A DNA stretch of 63,032 nucleotides, filler included, from Olpidium bornovanus S191 (GCA_017911155.1; 31 parts of 31 records of this genome joined end to end with filler, not necessarily neighbours in it), one strand, 5' to 3'; positions 45,664 through 57,458 are shown, counted from the first letter of the whole stretch. Made by a program: numbers and translations. The notes: generated from the sequence alone by a model not told the origin.

Positions 45664-47502
45664 ATGGGCTCCTACTGTTCCGGCTTCTGCCTGCCAACCG
45701 CGGGAAGTGCGACGCCTGCCGACCTGGAAGCGGCTACCGCCACCGCTGCCGCGGCCGCGATGAGCAACCGGGGAAAGTCCCCGAAGTCGCCGGGGCCGAA
45801 GCCGACGTTCGCCGGAGACGCCGGGGGCTCCGGGGCGTCTCTCGGCAAGCGCCTCCTCGGTCCGAACGGCGTCGGTCTTGTCCACGGGGGCGGCGGCGGC
45901 GGCGGCGGCAGGGAAGGCACGGTCAAGAAGGCGCCGTTCCCCGACGCCCCGGTCATGGAGATCGGCCGCCCGACGAACGTCGAGCACGGAGTTCACGTAG
46001 AGTTCAATACCGAGAGCGGCAGGTTCCGGGTAAGCGGCTCCCGCGTGAACGAAAACGGGGGGAGAAGTTTCTTTTCCGTGTTAAACTGGCAGGCCAACGG
46101 CGCACGGAACGCGTTCGTCCCCTGACCGCTTCCTGTGGTGCATCGCTGCCGCAGGGCCTGCCCGACGTCTGGCACAAGGAGCTACCCCACGACGATCTAC
46201 TTAATACGAAGTACATTAATCCCAACCTTGTCCCGACTCCGTCTACGTCCGCGTACTACGACACGTCTGCAGCGTCCGGGGGCGCTCGGCAGCGGTTCTC
46301 GTTGGCGGGGGCCCCGCCTAAGAGGGGGTCTTCGATTACGTCGTCGATGTTGGCGGCCCGCAACGTGTCGAGCCCCTACGGCTTCAAACACAACCTACAT
46401 CTCGCGCCCGAAAATTTCACTGACCCGGATCAGTTTGCCGAGCTGTCACCGGCATGGAAAGCGGCGCTGAGATCGGTCGGGATCACCGAGTCCGAAGCGA
46501 CGATGAACCCCTCTGCTGTCGCCGGCCTGATGAAACTGCGCATTCAGCCGTCGCGATCCGTGGCGGGAGCGAAAAAGCCCGTCGGCCGCGTCGGCTCAAA
46601 CGTCTCGGCCGAGGCCGCCCCCTCCCGGGCCGGAGGCCGGAATCCGCAGGAGTTGCGGGTTCCGAGCCGGCCGGCGCCGCCCCCTCCTGTCGGCCGATCA
46701 CCCGGAACGCCGCCGTCCGTCACCAGCAGCGGATCTTTCTGCAGCTCGGCAACACGCTCGGAGCAGGGCACAGCCGTCGAGAATTTGCCGGCCAACCACG
46801 CGCTGTCTTCGACCGCGGTGCCGCTGGTGTTCAGCGGCAGCTCGTTGACTCTGCACGCCGAGCTGCCGTCGTTGCCGATAACAGCCGCCTCGGGCTTATC
46901 CCTGGCAGAGCGGCGCTCCGTCAGATTGTCGATTCCCCACGGCCGCGACTTCGTGTCGAAAAGACCTCCGGACGCTCTGCTGAAGAACGCCGCGCCGGTA
47001 GACGACGCCGACTCCCTCTCTGACAGCATGGCCAACACAGATTTGGAGGACGTCTACAACATGTACACGGACTCGTGCGCCGTGTCCCCGGAAGAGTTTG
47101 TCCCGTTCCCGGCCAGCCAGACCCTGCTGGAGCCGTTGGACAGACAGCGGGCGCCAGCTGCTACGCCGCAAGCGACCGGGGCACCGGACAGCGCCGAACC
47201 CGGAGAGGAAGCCGAGATGCTGTGTGCTCTCCAGGCAGCGGGGCTGCCGCAAGGGCACGAAACGGAGAGCGCGGACGGCGAAGGTGAGGAACACGACGAG
47301 GGTTATTCGCAGCCGGAGGACCTCACGCCGCTTCTCAGCAAGGGTGACCCGAAGGACATTTTCTGCAACACGGTCCAGGTCGCGGAGGGCGAATCCGGGC
47401 AACTCTTCGTGGCCCGCATCCAGGACCCCGCGGTCGACTTCCGCTATCGGCGATGGCTGGAAACGTGCAATCCGAAGCAGAAGGACGGAGACGCAGGCAT
47501 GA
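45664..47502 (+). CDS. PAK/STE20-family kinase with two CRIB-like motifs, 5' part
   Basis: Exon 45664-46029 (122 codons) EIGRPTNVEHGVHVEFNTESGRFR| joined at 46155 to GLPDVW; second motif VSSPYGFKHNLHL...AWKAALRSVGITESEA; kinase start GDPKDIF...VAEGESGQLFVA. Confidence 0.8.
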
Positions 47503-47602
47503 NNNNNNNNNNNNNNNNNNNNNNNNNNNNNNNNNNNNNNNNNNNNTTAATTAATTAANNNNNNNNNNNNNNNNNNNNNNNNNNNNNNNNNNNNNNNNNN
47601 NN

Positions 47603-48623
47603 CATGATATGACCGGACTCGTGCAAAAGTATATTCTCCGGCTTCAGGTCACGGTATATGAAACCCATCAGGTGAAGGTATTCGAGGGCGGCGATTACCT
47701 CGCAAGCGTAAAAGCGGGCGTCGAGTTCCGGAAGAGACTTTCCGGGCCTGCTCTGCAGAGCTGCGGGCGCGGCGGCATGGACAGGAAGGCGCGGTTGATG
47801 GCCGGCTGGCTTGCACTGCGCAACGGGACCGGCGAACGAAAAACAGGCGCGCCCCTCTGAAGAACTCGCCCCCGCCGCAGTACTCCATGCAGAGATACAG
47901 GTAGTCCTCCGATTGAAAGGAGTGGTAGAGACTCACTATAAACGGGTGGTTCGAAGTCGCCAATATCTCCTGCTCGGCGAGCGCCCGCTGGATTTTGTTG
48001 CGCTTGATCATCTCCTTCTTTAAAAGAACTGCAAAGGCCGCAAACGTCATCAAGCCGCCGGCCCGGGGCGCAAACGTGTCCGTCCATTGCAATTTCAGAC
48101 GTGCCCTGCCAGCCAAAAGACACACCCTTCATGGCGTAGAGCTTCTCTGACGCCTTCTTCTTCACGAGGTAGACCCTACCGACGTCCCCGCGACCCAGCA
48201 ACTTGATTTTCACGAAATCCGACGGCCCAACCTCGGCAGCGCGTATCTTAATGCTGCTGCTGGAGTACGTCCGCCGTATGGCGGAGGGAGATGCGCGCGG
48301 GCTGGGTTTCGGCGACAGGTCAATCTCCGGCGGCGTCAGCAGCCCAGACTGGTTTCCGCCCGAAGTCAACCCGCCGCGGGCCGGGCTCCGCGTCGGAGAG
48401 GGCGGGCCGCGGCTCTTCCTGCCGGAGGAGCCGGGCGCTTGTCCGGCCACCAACGGCTCCGACTGCGTCCGCCGCAACCCCTTGGCACATTCTTCTTCGG
48501 CGGCCGACGATTTGCACGCAGGAGACAGCGGAGGGGAAGCCGTCGGCGAGTGAGCGGCCGACGAGAGGCTGTCTGGCGGAGACATTCCCGGCGTACCGTT
48601 CGACTTGGCAGGACGGGGGGGGG
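47603..48623 (-). CDS. nrc-2: AGC kinase of the Nrc-2/Kin82/Fpk1 (flippase kinase) group, internal part
   Basis: [37 protein letters not shown]...YAMK|[58 protein letters not shown]|...[22 protein letters not shown]. Confidence 0.9.
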
Positions 48624-48826
48624 NNNNNNNNNNNNNNNNNNNNNNNNNNNNNNNNNNNNNNNNNNNNTTAATTAATTAANNNNNNNNNNNNNNNNNNNNN
48701 NNNNNNNNNNNNNNNNNNNNNNNAGGAGCTCTGCTCTGCCGGGGCTCTGTATTTTCGGCCGTCCGCCTTTTGTTTACTCTATACGTGTACGGGAAAGGGG
48801 AAAGGGGGGGGGGGGGGGGGCCCCGC

Positions 48827-48865
<39 letters not shown>

Positions 48866-50103
48866 GAAAACGAGCGGGACAAAGGACACCGTCGTCACTC
48901 GGCGGCGGCCGCATTCGCAGGACGCGATGATGTGCGCGGCATGGCCCGCATTCCGGTTGCTTTTCGCCACGTGCCCGGTCCGGCGACTGTCAGCACCCGC
49001 GCGCGGGTCCTGGATGTGTAAGGGCGTTTTAGCGCAGAAACCCGCACAGTTTTTCCGCAGACGCTGCGCTTGACCTCAAGATCCTTTTCCACGGAGCTCG
49101 TGCGTGAGCGAAGGTACTTTAGCACAGATTTTGCTTCGTCCGGTCGGTCGCCTTTGATGCAACCTTCGTGGATTTGCCGAACCGCTGGTTCATTGTCTAT
49201 GAAAAATGGCGGCGGGGTTTCCTGCTGCAGAGGGGCTCCCGCGGCCATTGTAGGTGAGCTTCTCTACGTAACGCAATCAAAACTTGCAACGGTGCGCGGA
49301 TCGTGATTTCTCGCGCATCGAAAGTATGCTCGTCGTCAGTCAATCTTCGTCTCTTTATCTCCAAAAGAAAATTACGGTTCGCGCTACGCGCGCGCAGTAC
49401 GTTTCCAGTCTGTGGCATCGATGGAGGCATCGAATGACACTCGGCGAAGTGGGGGTCCTCCACACACGCAAACTTTCACCGTCAACCCCACACTTGCCGA
49501 CCGCTTTTTATCTCCTTCTCCTTCGTTTTTGTGTCACCAACTCTCAACCTCGGGGTCCGGAGGCGGCCGGTCTTCAATTCAGCCACCGGGTTTATTTAAA
49601 GCGACGCCTGTGGAGGTCAAAAACGAGGCACAGAGCTGGCCCCGGCGGCGGCAGCGGACCATCGGCCAATATCTCCTACAAGTCGGAGACCGCGAAGTTA
49701 GAATCTCTTCAAAACGCCTCGCCGTCCTGTCTTCTCGAGTAGCGCATTTGCGCAGGTTGTCACCGTCCGTTCGCCCATTGTAAATCATGNNNNNNNNNNN
49801 NNNNNNNNNNNNNNNNNNNNNNNNNNNNNNNNNTTAATTAATTAANNNNNNNNNNNNNNNNNNNNNNNNNNNNNNNNNNNNNNNNNNNNCATGGAAAAAA
49901 AACTGATGGAAGAAGAGGTAAGAGCGGGATGAAAATGCGTACAGCTTGCTTATGCGGTGTAAAGAACCCGATGCGAGATGCCGATCGCCGTCCTCGAGGC
50001 AAGCGAGAAAAAAAAAGAGATGAAAAAAAAGCGGCCGCCCCAAATTGGACAGTCGCAGAGACGCACAGCAGGAGAAAAAAAATGTCGTGGTGAGGTGGGA
50101 GCG

Positions 50104-51634
50104 TCAGCGCTCCCCGACGATGCCCGAAAAAAACGAACCGCTTGCGGCGCCGTCGCCGTTGTCGCGGTTTTGTATGGCCGTGAGGCGTTGCAGCCGCGGT
50201 GACGGCGCCGCCCCGTTTGGAGGACCGAACGCCGGCGACATTCCCGACACCGGCGACCTGCCGGCAGCGGCGGCGCTGTCCCCCGGCCCGCCGCGAACCA
50301 GGTCCATCACGTTCGCGAGCGCCGCGGCGGCCGCCGACGACGACGAATCGAAGCCGAGGCTGCTGTCGGCGATGGGCACGTTCGGCATGTTGGTCCAGTT
50401 TTCGCGGAGCGCGGACCGCGACAGCGCGCTCGTTATGAAGTCGCGGCCGAGGAACGGAGAAAAATTGGTCGCCGCCGGCGCGCTCGCGGGGCCGGCCGGA
50501 ACGCTCTGGGACGTCCTGCTCGTGGATACGTTCAACGTCGGTTTCTGCGCCCGCACGCCCAGTGGGTTTTTGGAGTATGACAGCCGGATGCCGCCCTTCA
50601 CCGAGGTCGACAACAGGGAGCCTTGCAGCCTTTGCAAGGCTGCCCGGCGCGGCACCGCCCATAACAAAAAGCAACTTCAGTCCAAAAAAAGAAAGAAAGT
50701 AAAAAAATCGTAAAACGTCGGCGGAGAGGAAGCTCCCCGGGGCCGGCGACGTCGCACCTTGCGTAGCAAACCCGACGTCCTCAAACTCGACAAAGCACAG
50801 GGGCCCGTTGGCTTTGACCTTAAACGACATCCGTTTGTAGCCCGGGCAGACCGAGAACATCCGGCGGAGCTCCTCCTCGCTGGTGTTGGACGAAAGGTTC
50901 CCGACGTAAACGGTGTTGCAGGGCGGATTCTGGTCGAGCACGGTCGTCGCCCGCGGCGTAGTCCCGGCGAAGGCGGTCTGCCCGACCAAAGCAGAAGACC
51001 CCGTGAGACCAGGCGACAGCGGGCTGGTGGTCGTGGTCGCGGCGAGCGGACTCCTGGAGCCGTTTGCCGCGCCAGACAGGCTCGGAAAAGCGGCGAATAT
51101 CGACAGAGGCGACAAGGGCAGCTGCGCGGCAGCAGGGCCGACGGAAGAACTTGTTCCGGCGACCGGGGACGTGGACAAGCTGCGCATCTCCGACAGCAGG
51201 ATGTTCCTGTTGTCTGCGGCCGGCGCCGATTTCGGACCGGCGAGGTGGAAGTCGGCCAGCAGGTGATCTATGCCGTTCCCCGGACCGAGCACGTCAACTT
51301 CGGGAGGCCGCCTTGCGGTCTGAAGCTGAGGCGACCGGGACGCCGATTCCGCTCTCGCTGCGCTTTGGTCCGCGGCGACCCTCGCCCGCCGAAGGAGCAG
51401 CGCGTCGAACGAGCCGGTCGCCTGGCCAACAGGATTCTCCGCGGCCGTCGGAGAAGCGGCGGCGTCGAAGCCCGCCACAGGCTGCAGCTGAGTGTGGCAC
51501 CGCTTGACGTGCAGGTTTTTCTTCGCCATTTCCACCTTGAGCACGGAGCTCCGATCGCCGTCCACCTTCTTCCCGTTGAGGTGGTCCTTGGCCCGTTGGG
51601 CTTCTAGCCGCGTGCGGAACCTTGCAAAGCCGAT
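50104..51634 (-). CDS. WHI3: Whi3/Whi4/Scw1-like two-RRM RNA-binding protein, 3' part
   Basis: [21 protein letters not shown]...[14 protein letters not shown]; [14 protein letters not shown]...[16 protein letters not shown]|ALQRLQG...[16 protein letters not shown]; TGA at 50104. Confidence 0.88.
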
Positions 51635-51694
51635 CTGGAAGCGGGAAGGCCCCCACCACCCCCCACCCCCCCCCCCCCCCCCCCCGGGGGGGGG

Positions 51695-51731
<37 letters not shown>

Positions 51732-51979
51732 NNNNNNNNNNNNNNNNNNNNNNNNNNNNNNNNNNNNNNNNNNNNTTAATTAATTAANNNNNNNNNNNNN
51801 NNNNNNNNNNNNNNNNNNNNNNNNNNNNNNNCATGGCGTTTTCGAAACGCGGGCTCGCTCGACCAAATGCACTCCATCCTGTCGTTGCGCCGGTAGTGTT
51901 GCACTTTTCTCATCGTCGCCAGAATAATTTATAGAAGTAACGGTGCTTTTTTTCTTTTCTTTCTTCCTTCTTTCTCAGG

Positions 51980-52582
51980 ACCGTCGCCGTTGCGTATGCC
52001 ACGTCCTTCAAGGCCGACCCCATCTACTCCGGGATCCCGGGCGACCCTGGGGACACAACCTTTCTCTTCTTGCCGTCTGACGCAGATTATTGTGGTCCTC
52101 TTGGGCCCACCGACATCCAGTACGACCCTCGTTTCGGCCTGACCGTTAACGACGAGGTAATTTTGGCCGAGGGCTTCGTTGGTCTCCCTTCCACCGACGA
52201 CACAATCTCCGACGCCCAACTTCCCGACGATGCCGTCCGGCCCCCGACGTACGTCCCTTCCGTCGCCGATTTCGCCGGTCCGGAACGTATCCTCAGCCGT
52301 TACAACCAACTTCGTCGAATGGGTTCTTCACACAAGGTCGATGAAATGATCAAAGCTTCCGAATCCCGCGGCACCCGTATGCGCCGGAATCGTGTCCTGA
52401 AGGGCCCCGAAGCCCAGAAATTCGATGCCGCCCGGGCCTTGGCCAAGGAATCCAGTTCTGCTGGCCCTGCTCCCCGCCGCTGCCAAGTCGCCCGCCGGGG
52501 TTCCTTGTCTTCGCGGCACCGTCCAGGAGCTCGAGCTCCCATCATTCGGGCTTCCGCTCCCGCTCGGAGTTCTGCTTCCTAG
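51980..52582 (+). CDS. Hypothetical ORF, antisense to and downstream of a gypsy integrase remnant (possibly element-borne)
   Basis: Open frame TVAVAYATSFKADPIYSGIPGDPGDTTFLFLPSDADYCGPLGP...ERILSRYNQLRRMG...; CAG acceptor at ~51978; no family recognised. Confidence 0.35.
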   Translation, partial: TVAVAYATSFKADPIYSGIPGDPGDTTFLFLPSDADYCGPLGPTDIQYDPRFGLTVNDEVILAEGFVGLPSTDDTISDAQLPDDAVRPPTYVPSVADFAGPERILSRYNQLRRMGSSHKVDEMIKASESRGTRMRRNRVLKGPEAQKFDAARALAKESSSAGPAPRRCQVARRGSLSSRHRPGARAPIIRASAPARSSAS

Positions 52583-53149
52583 CTCGCTCGGTGCTCCGTT
52601 GCCCCACGTTGTCCTCGCTCCGCTGCGCCTTTCCTCCTTTTCCGGCGCGCTTGTCGTCCCGGGTGGCAGCCTCCCTTCTCTTCACTCCCACTCTCGCACG
52701 AGTCCCTGACCGGGCTTGGTGTCCGCCTTCAGGTCCCGAAGCAGACGTCATACTCCCCCACACTCCTACTCTGTCATTTCTCTTAGGAGAACCCCTTGCA
52801 TTTCCGTCGTCCGGCAGACCCCATTAACAGTAGCTCGCTCGATAATTCGCTTGCTTGTGGAACGCTCAAAAGAAAAAAAATCTTCCCGCACGCGTCGCGC
52901 CTGCAACGGTTGCCTACGTATCCGCAGCTCATCGTGGAATCAGGGCATTGTAGTTCCAGTATGGTAATCTAAGTATCGTCAATCTCAATAATTCCAGGAA
53001 GTTGCAGCCAAATTCGACATTTTGTTTGGATATTTTGCGGTTGGAAACCTGAAAATCATTTTCCCTTCATCCAAAGGCTCGGCGTGATCATCTCGCACGC
53101 CCTCCGATTCTTTCCCTGCGCATGCAATTTCCTCCTCATAGCTCATCGA

Positions 53150-53414
53150 CTCGACTAATCTTCCCTTTTGCCAAAAAATCTTCACGCGTTTCCCCGGGTA
53201 GCATGTTTTAAGGCGCGTCCCGTCCAACTCCTCCAGCACATACGTAGCCGTATCTCGATAAACTTCCGCGACACGATATGGCCCGCTCTACTTCTCCTCA
53301 AACTTCCTTTCCACTCGATGCTGTACCTCGTTCTGCGAGTTACGGACCAGCACCCAGTCCCTGTTGACGGGCCCCTTTTTTGTTTGGTATTGGTCACATG
53401 ACTCTGATTTCGGG
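53150..53414 (-). mobile_element. Ty3/gypsy integrase C-terminal GPY/F remnant (pseudogene)
   Basis: RDWVLVRNSQNEVQHRVERKFEEK*SGPYRVAEVYRDTATYVLEELDGTRLKTCYPGKRVKIF; TAG replaces the conserved Trp. Confidence 0.85.
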
Positions 53415-54036
53415 TGACCCCAGCCAAACAGGGCTTCTCAAGTAGCCCTCCATAGTCGTTCTACTATACACAATAAAATATAAAACAAACCCAAACCGTA
53501 CACCGCTGTCCTCTGAGCCGCTCAGCTCAGAGGTTATGAGCCCAAAGACTCTCTGAGACACCTCGATTACTCCTCTTTTCCTGTCAAGTACGGGGCCGGC
53601 CGGAAGGCGACGGGCTTGAGGAACAGGAACTCGTTGTCCGGAGCGTACCCTGGTTTGTTTACGTTTTTTTTTATTCGCTCTTCTCTCCTCGACAACGATC
53701 TCAACCTTCGATCTCAAATCGACCATGACCGTTGGGAGGAGCCCTTCCCCCCGCGCGCTTGCGGCCAGGGAGGACGCGGCGCGCCTCGGCGGCCGCGGTA
53801 CGAAGAACTCTCAGCTTGGCCTTGGCCACGCCTCTGCCTCTTGTGAGAAAGGAAAAGCAGCAGCGGAGTCGGGCGCGTCGTCCGGTCCTGAGAAGCCCGG
53901 ACCGAAAAGCGCTGTGCAGCCGACCCCGCTTCCGTCCTCAGCTCCACAAGCTGTGGAACGCCTCGAGCCAGGGAACCAGTGTTTCTGGCTCCCCGGCCAT
54001 CGAGAAAAACACTTCTGAGTTCGTTTCGGCCGAAGA
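53415..54036 (+). mobile_element. Probable 5' end of another LTR element (short LTR-like segment, PBS, leader/gag start)
   Basis: GGTTATGAGCCCAA at 53532-53545; upstream AT-rich segment with TATAAAA; LTR ends ambiguous (TGA 53415 ... TCA 53529, then GA before the PBS). Confidence 0.55.
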
Positions 54037-54136
54037 NNNNNNNNNNNNNNNNNNNNNNNNNNNNNNNNNNNNNNNNNNNNTTAATTAATTAANNNNNNNN
54101 NNNNNNNNNNNNNNNNNNNNNNNNNNNNNNNNNNNN

Positions 54137-55143
54137 ACATGAACTCGATCAGGATCAGTCCGGAGGTGTACACGGACGTCTGCGGCTCGACCACGACGAA
54201 ACGGACGATCAGGCCGACGGTGAGGCAAATGATCGAGAGGCACGTCGAGATCGTCTGGATCCAGTAGGCCAGACTGTCCCGGGACAATCGCGTCGTCAGG
54301 CAGTAAGCGGTGGACTTTCCACGCACAAGCGAAACCGCAGCACCGCGAGTCAGCGAGATCGCGACGAGGGGGTTCTCGACGACGGAAACCAAAAACAAAA
54401 AAAAAAAAAAAAATAAAAATAAAAAAGAAAAAAGGAAGACGACGGAACGAGGACACACGCACCATCGGGACCACCACCCCGATGATGTAGAACACGAGGT
54501 CCGACGCCCACCGGTATTCGCCGCAAAACCCGTTGGGATCACAGTCCGCGCACCACCAGCCTTTGGGACACTGGAAGGTTGCCCGCGGGTTACCTTGTCT
54601 GGCCTTTGCTTCGTCAGAGTACTCCAAGTCCCAGAGTTCGCTCATGTGTCTGAACGCCAGGAAGGCGTATAAGTAAAGGGTCGAGCAGACCACGAAGATG
54701 ACACTGAGGGCCCGGCGCCAGGTGGTGAGCGCCCGGTTGAGAAAAAACTTCCGGTACTCGACCTCGTACTCGTTGTTCACAAAAGTGAGGGTGAACGGGT
54801 GCATGACGGTCTTGTCGACGCCCCACTTGGCTTCGGACGAGACGGCGGCCTGCTCCTGGGTGAAGGCAGCGAACGACCAGTGCGGGCCGGAAAAATTGCC
54901 GATGGACATGCCGACAACTTCGCTCGGCTTTGAGTGGATGGTGCTCCGGCTGGCGCGCAAGGTCGAGCCGGCGTTTCCGATCCCCTCGGGAGGCCCGTAG
55001 GAAATTGTCCGGGTCGGCTGCCGCGTCCCTGTGTGCACCTGCCCAGCGACGGGCGCCGCCTTGTCCTCAGAGAGACCCGCCGGGACGGCGACCGTCGATC
55101 CGCGCGTCCGAAGCATGGAGCGGATGCTGAAACCGCCCGCCAT
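54137..55143 (-). CDS. Multi-pass membrane protein, N-terminal part resembling transmembrane adenylyl/guanylyl cyclases
   Basis: MHPFTLTFVNNEYEVEYRKFFLNRALTTWRRALSVIFVV followed by at least four hydrophobic segments and a Cys-rich loop; no catalytic domain within the contig. Confidence 0.45.
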
Positions 55144-56409
55144 CGCCGCAGAGGCCCGCCTCTTTTTGCCCGCCGGCGAGGGGTGGGGGGGCGTTTCGAG
55201 CCTCCGGGATCACGATTCGGCCAGGGGAACAGGGCGGGGCGGGCGCGGGGGGGCGTCAGATTTTCTGCTGTTTCTCCTGGGCACCAACCCTCCTGACGGG
55301 CCGACGGCGCACGGCAGGGGCCCTTTCTGGGCAACCTCTGAGATCGCAGCGAAAGGCTGCCGAGAAGGGGCGAAGCGGGAGGTACAGAAAGAGCGATCAG
55401 CCGGAAAAATTTCGGGATGCGGGAGGGGAGGGGGTGCTAACGAGAAAGCGGGGGAAGCGGGCGGTGGTTCCTGTCGTTCGTTCGAGAGTCGCGCAGCCGG
55501 GCCCGACCGCGCAGGCGGGGAGGGGAAAGAGAGGGCTTTTTCTCCGATCGCGGCCGTTTGGAACGGAGGGGACGGGGAGCAGGACGCCGTCGCTGTTCCC
55601 GGGGAGGGGGAGGGCAGCGGGATCTGACGCACGCAAGCAAGCGAGCGAGCAATGAGAAAGAAAAAATAGGGAGAAAGGAGGGAAAGAAGAGAGAGAAAAA
55701 AAAAAAAAAAAAAACAAAAGTAACGCTTCTCCGCCGCCACGGGACCCCCGCCACCCCCCCACCTAACGCTGCGCCTTTTTGGTGGGGGTGTGGGGGTGGA
55801 GGCGTGGCAAGCGGGGGAGGAGGCGTGTGCACGGGGGCGGGGGGNNNNNNNNNNNNNNNNNNNNNNNNNNNNNNNNNNNNNNNNNNNNTTAATTAATTAA
55901 NNNNNNNNNNNNNNNNNNNNNNNNNNNNNNNNNNNNNNNNNNNNCATGCAGTAGCAGGGCGGACCAAGTGGGTCCCTCGGGGCTGTGTTGGCCCCGGGGC
56001 GGTGGCCTCCGGGGCTGTGTTGGCCTCGGGGGTGGTAAATGACCAATGGTCCGGGTGGGACCCCAGCTCCGCCCGGATTCCACCCCGGTTCCACACACCC
56101 CCACTCACTCTCGCCCCGAACACTAACACTGTGCTGTGGCACGGCCGTCAGCCCCTACCGTCGCCCAACGCCAAGGAGGAAGACACGGAAGGCGGCGGCG
56201 GGGCGGTGGGAAGGAAAGGTCTGAGTGAATAGAAGTCGCGGGTTCGCAGTCTGAAAGCTCACTGCGCAACCGCATGGAAGCTTCGGTTCTTTATGCGATG
56301 GCAGCAGAGGGGCTAGATGCAAGAGAAGCTATGCTCTTTTCTGCAGCCATAGCGGTACGGGACAGACGCGAGTTGCTTGTCAGGATATCTGATGGGGTTT
56401 CTGCAGCAG

Positions 56410-56810
56410 AATATGTCGGGGATGTTGACACAGAATTTGACAGGGATTTTGACGCAGAATGATTCTGATGATCAAGACGGAGAGTCTGAGGAAATGATTC
56501 TGACGAAGATTTATGATGCAAATTTGAGGCGGATTCTGGCGCAGAATCCGACGGGGATTGTGACGCAGAATCTGACGGGGATTGTGACGCAGAATCTGAC
56601 GGGGATGCTGACGCAGAACGCAGAATCTGACGGGGATGCTGACGCAGAATTAGACGGGGTTCTGCACCAGAATCTGACGGAAATTCTGACTCAACAATCT
56701 GACGGATAAGCGCCTCTCTTTTTTTTTAAGGAAAATTCGGACTCAAAACCCGAAGAGATCTTGACCAGAGTCGGAAGGAGATTCTGAAGCAGAATCTGAT
56801 GGGGATTTTT
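56410..56810 (+). repeat. 24-bp tandem repeat array encoding DAESDGDC-like acidic units in a frameshifted ORF
   Basis: GACGCAGAATCTGACGGGGATTGT exact and degenerate copies; acidic frame broken by stops and frameshifts near 56460 and 56620. Confidence 0.8.
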
Positions 56811-57458
56811 ACGCAGGACGGGCAGGACGAGCGGTGACGGGCGGGATGGGCGGCGACCAGCGGGACCACGGGGGGACAGCAGGACGGGCGGGGCGGGCAG
56901 GACGTGCGGAACGGCGGATGCCGAGATCTCTTTTGCCATGGGCGCACTTTCTTTTTTTTGCCCAAGTGGGAGCATTGGGCAAATTCTAAGGGGAGGAGCG
57001 TGGGAGGTGGAGAGCAGGGCGCGGGGAGCGAGGAAAACAATCAAAACGGAGTGGGGGGCTCCCCTTGATCATGCTGACCATGCTGATTGCCTCCTTCAAA
57101 TTTCATGAAAGTTATGTCACTTATATTTTGCCACTTCCCTAACATTATCCAGAAAGATAATCTCTCCGATCTGCTTTCTGTACCCTGAATGTTTGTGTTG
57201 ACAGATGATCTCGTCTATCAGCANNNNNNNNNNNNNNNNNNNNNNNNNNNNNNNNNNNNNNNNNNNNTTAATTAATTAANNNNNNNNNNNNNNNNNNNNN
57301 NNNNNNNNNNNNNNNNNNNNNNNACCATGTCACACAATATCAGGACCCATCTTGCAAACTTCCCTGTACCGAACACTCTATTGCAACCGATATTTATCTG
57401 TTCCGGATGCAGCAGAATAGTCGGTTAGCCAGCAGGCGCCTATCGCTCGGGTAAAAAG

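Noticed and set aside
48724-49789. Protein-coding gene in this contig
   Set aside because: Splice-like signals and short protein-like frames occur on both strands, but I could not build a consistent model or recognise a family
56410-56810. CRISPR-like repeat
   Set aside because: Head-to-tail 24-bp units without spacers in a eukaryotic context
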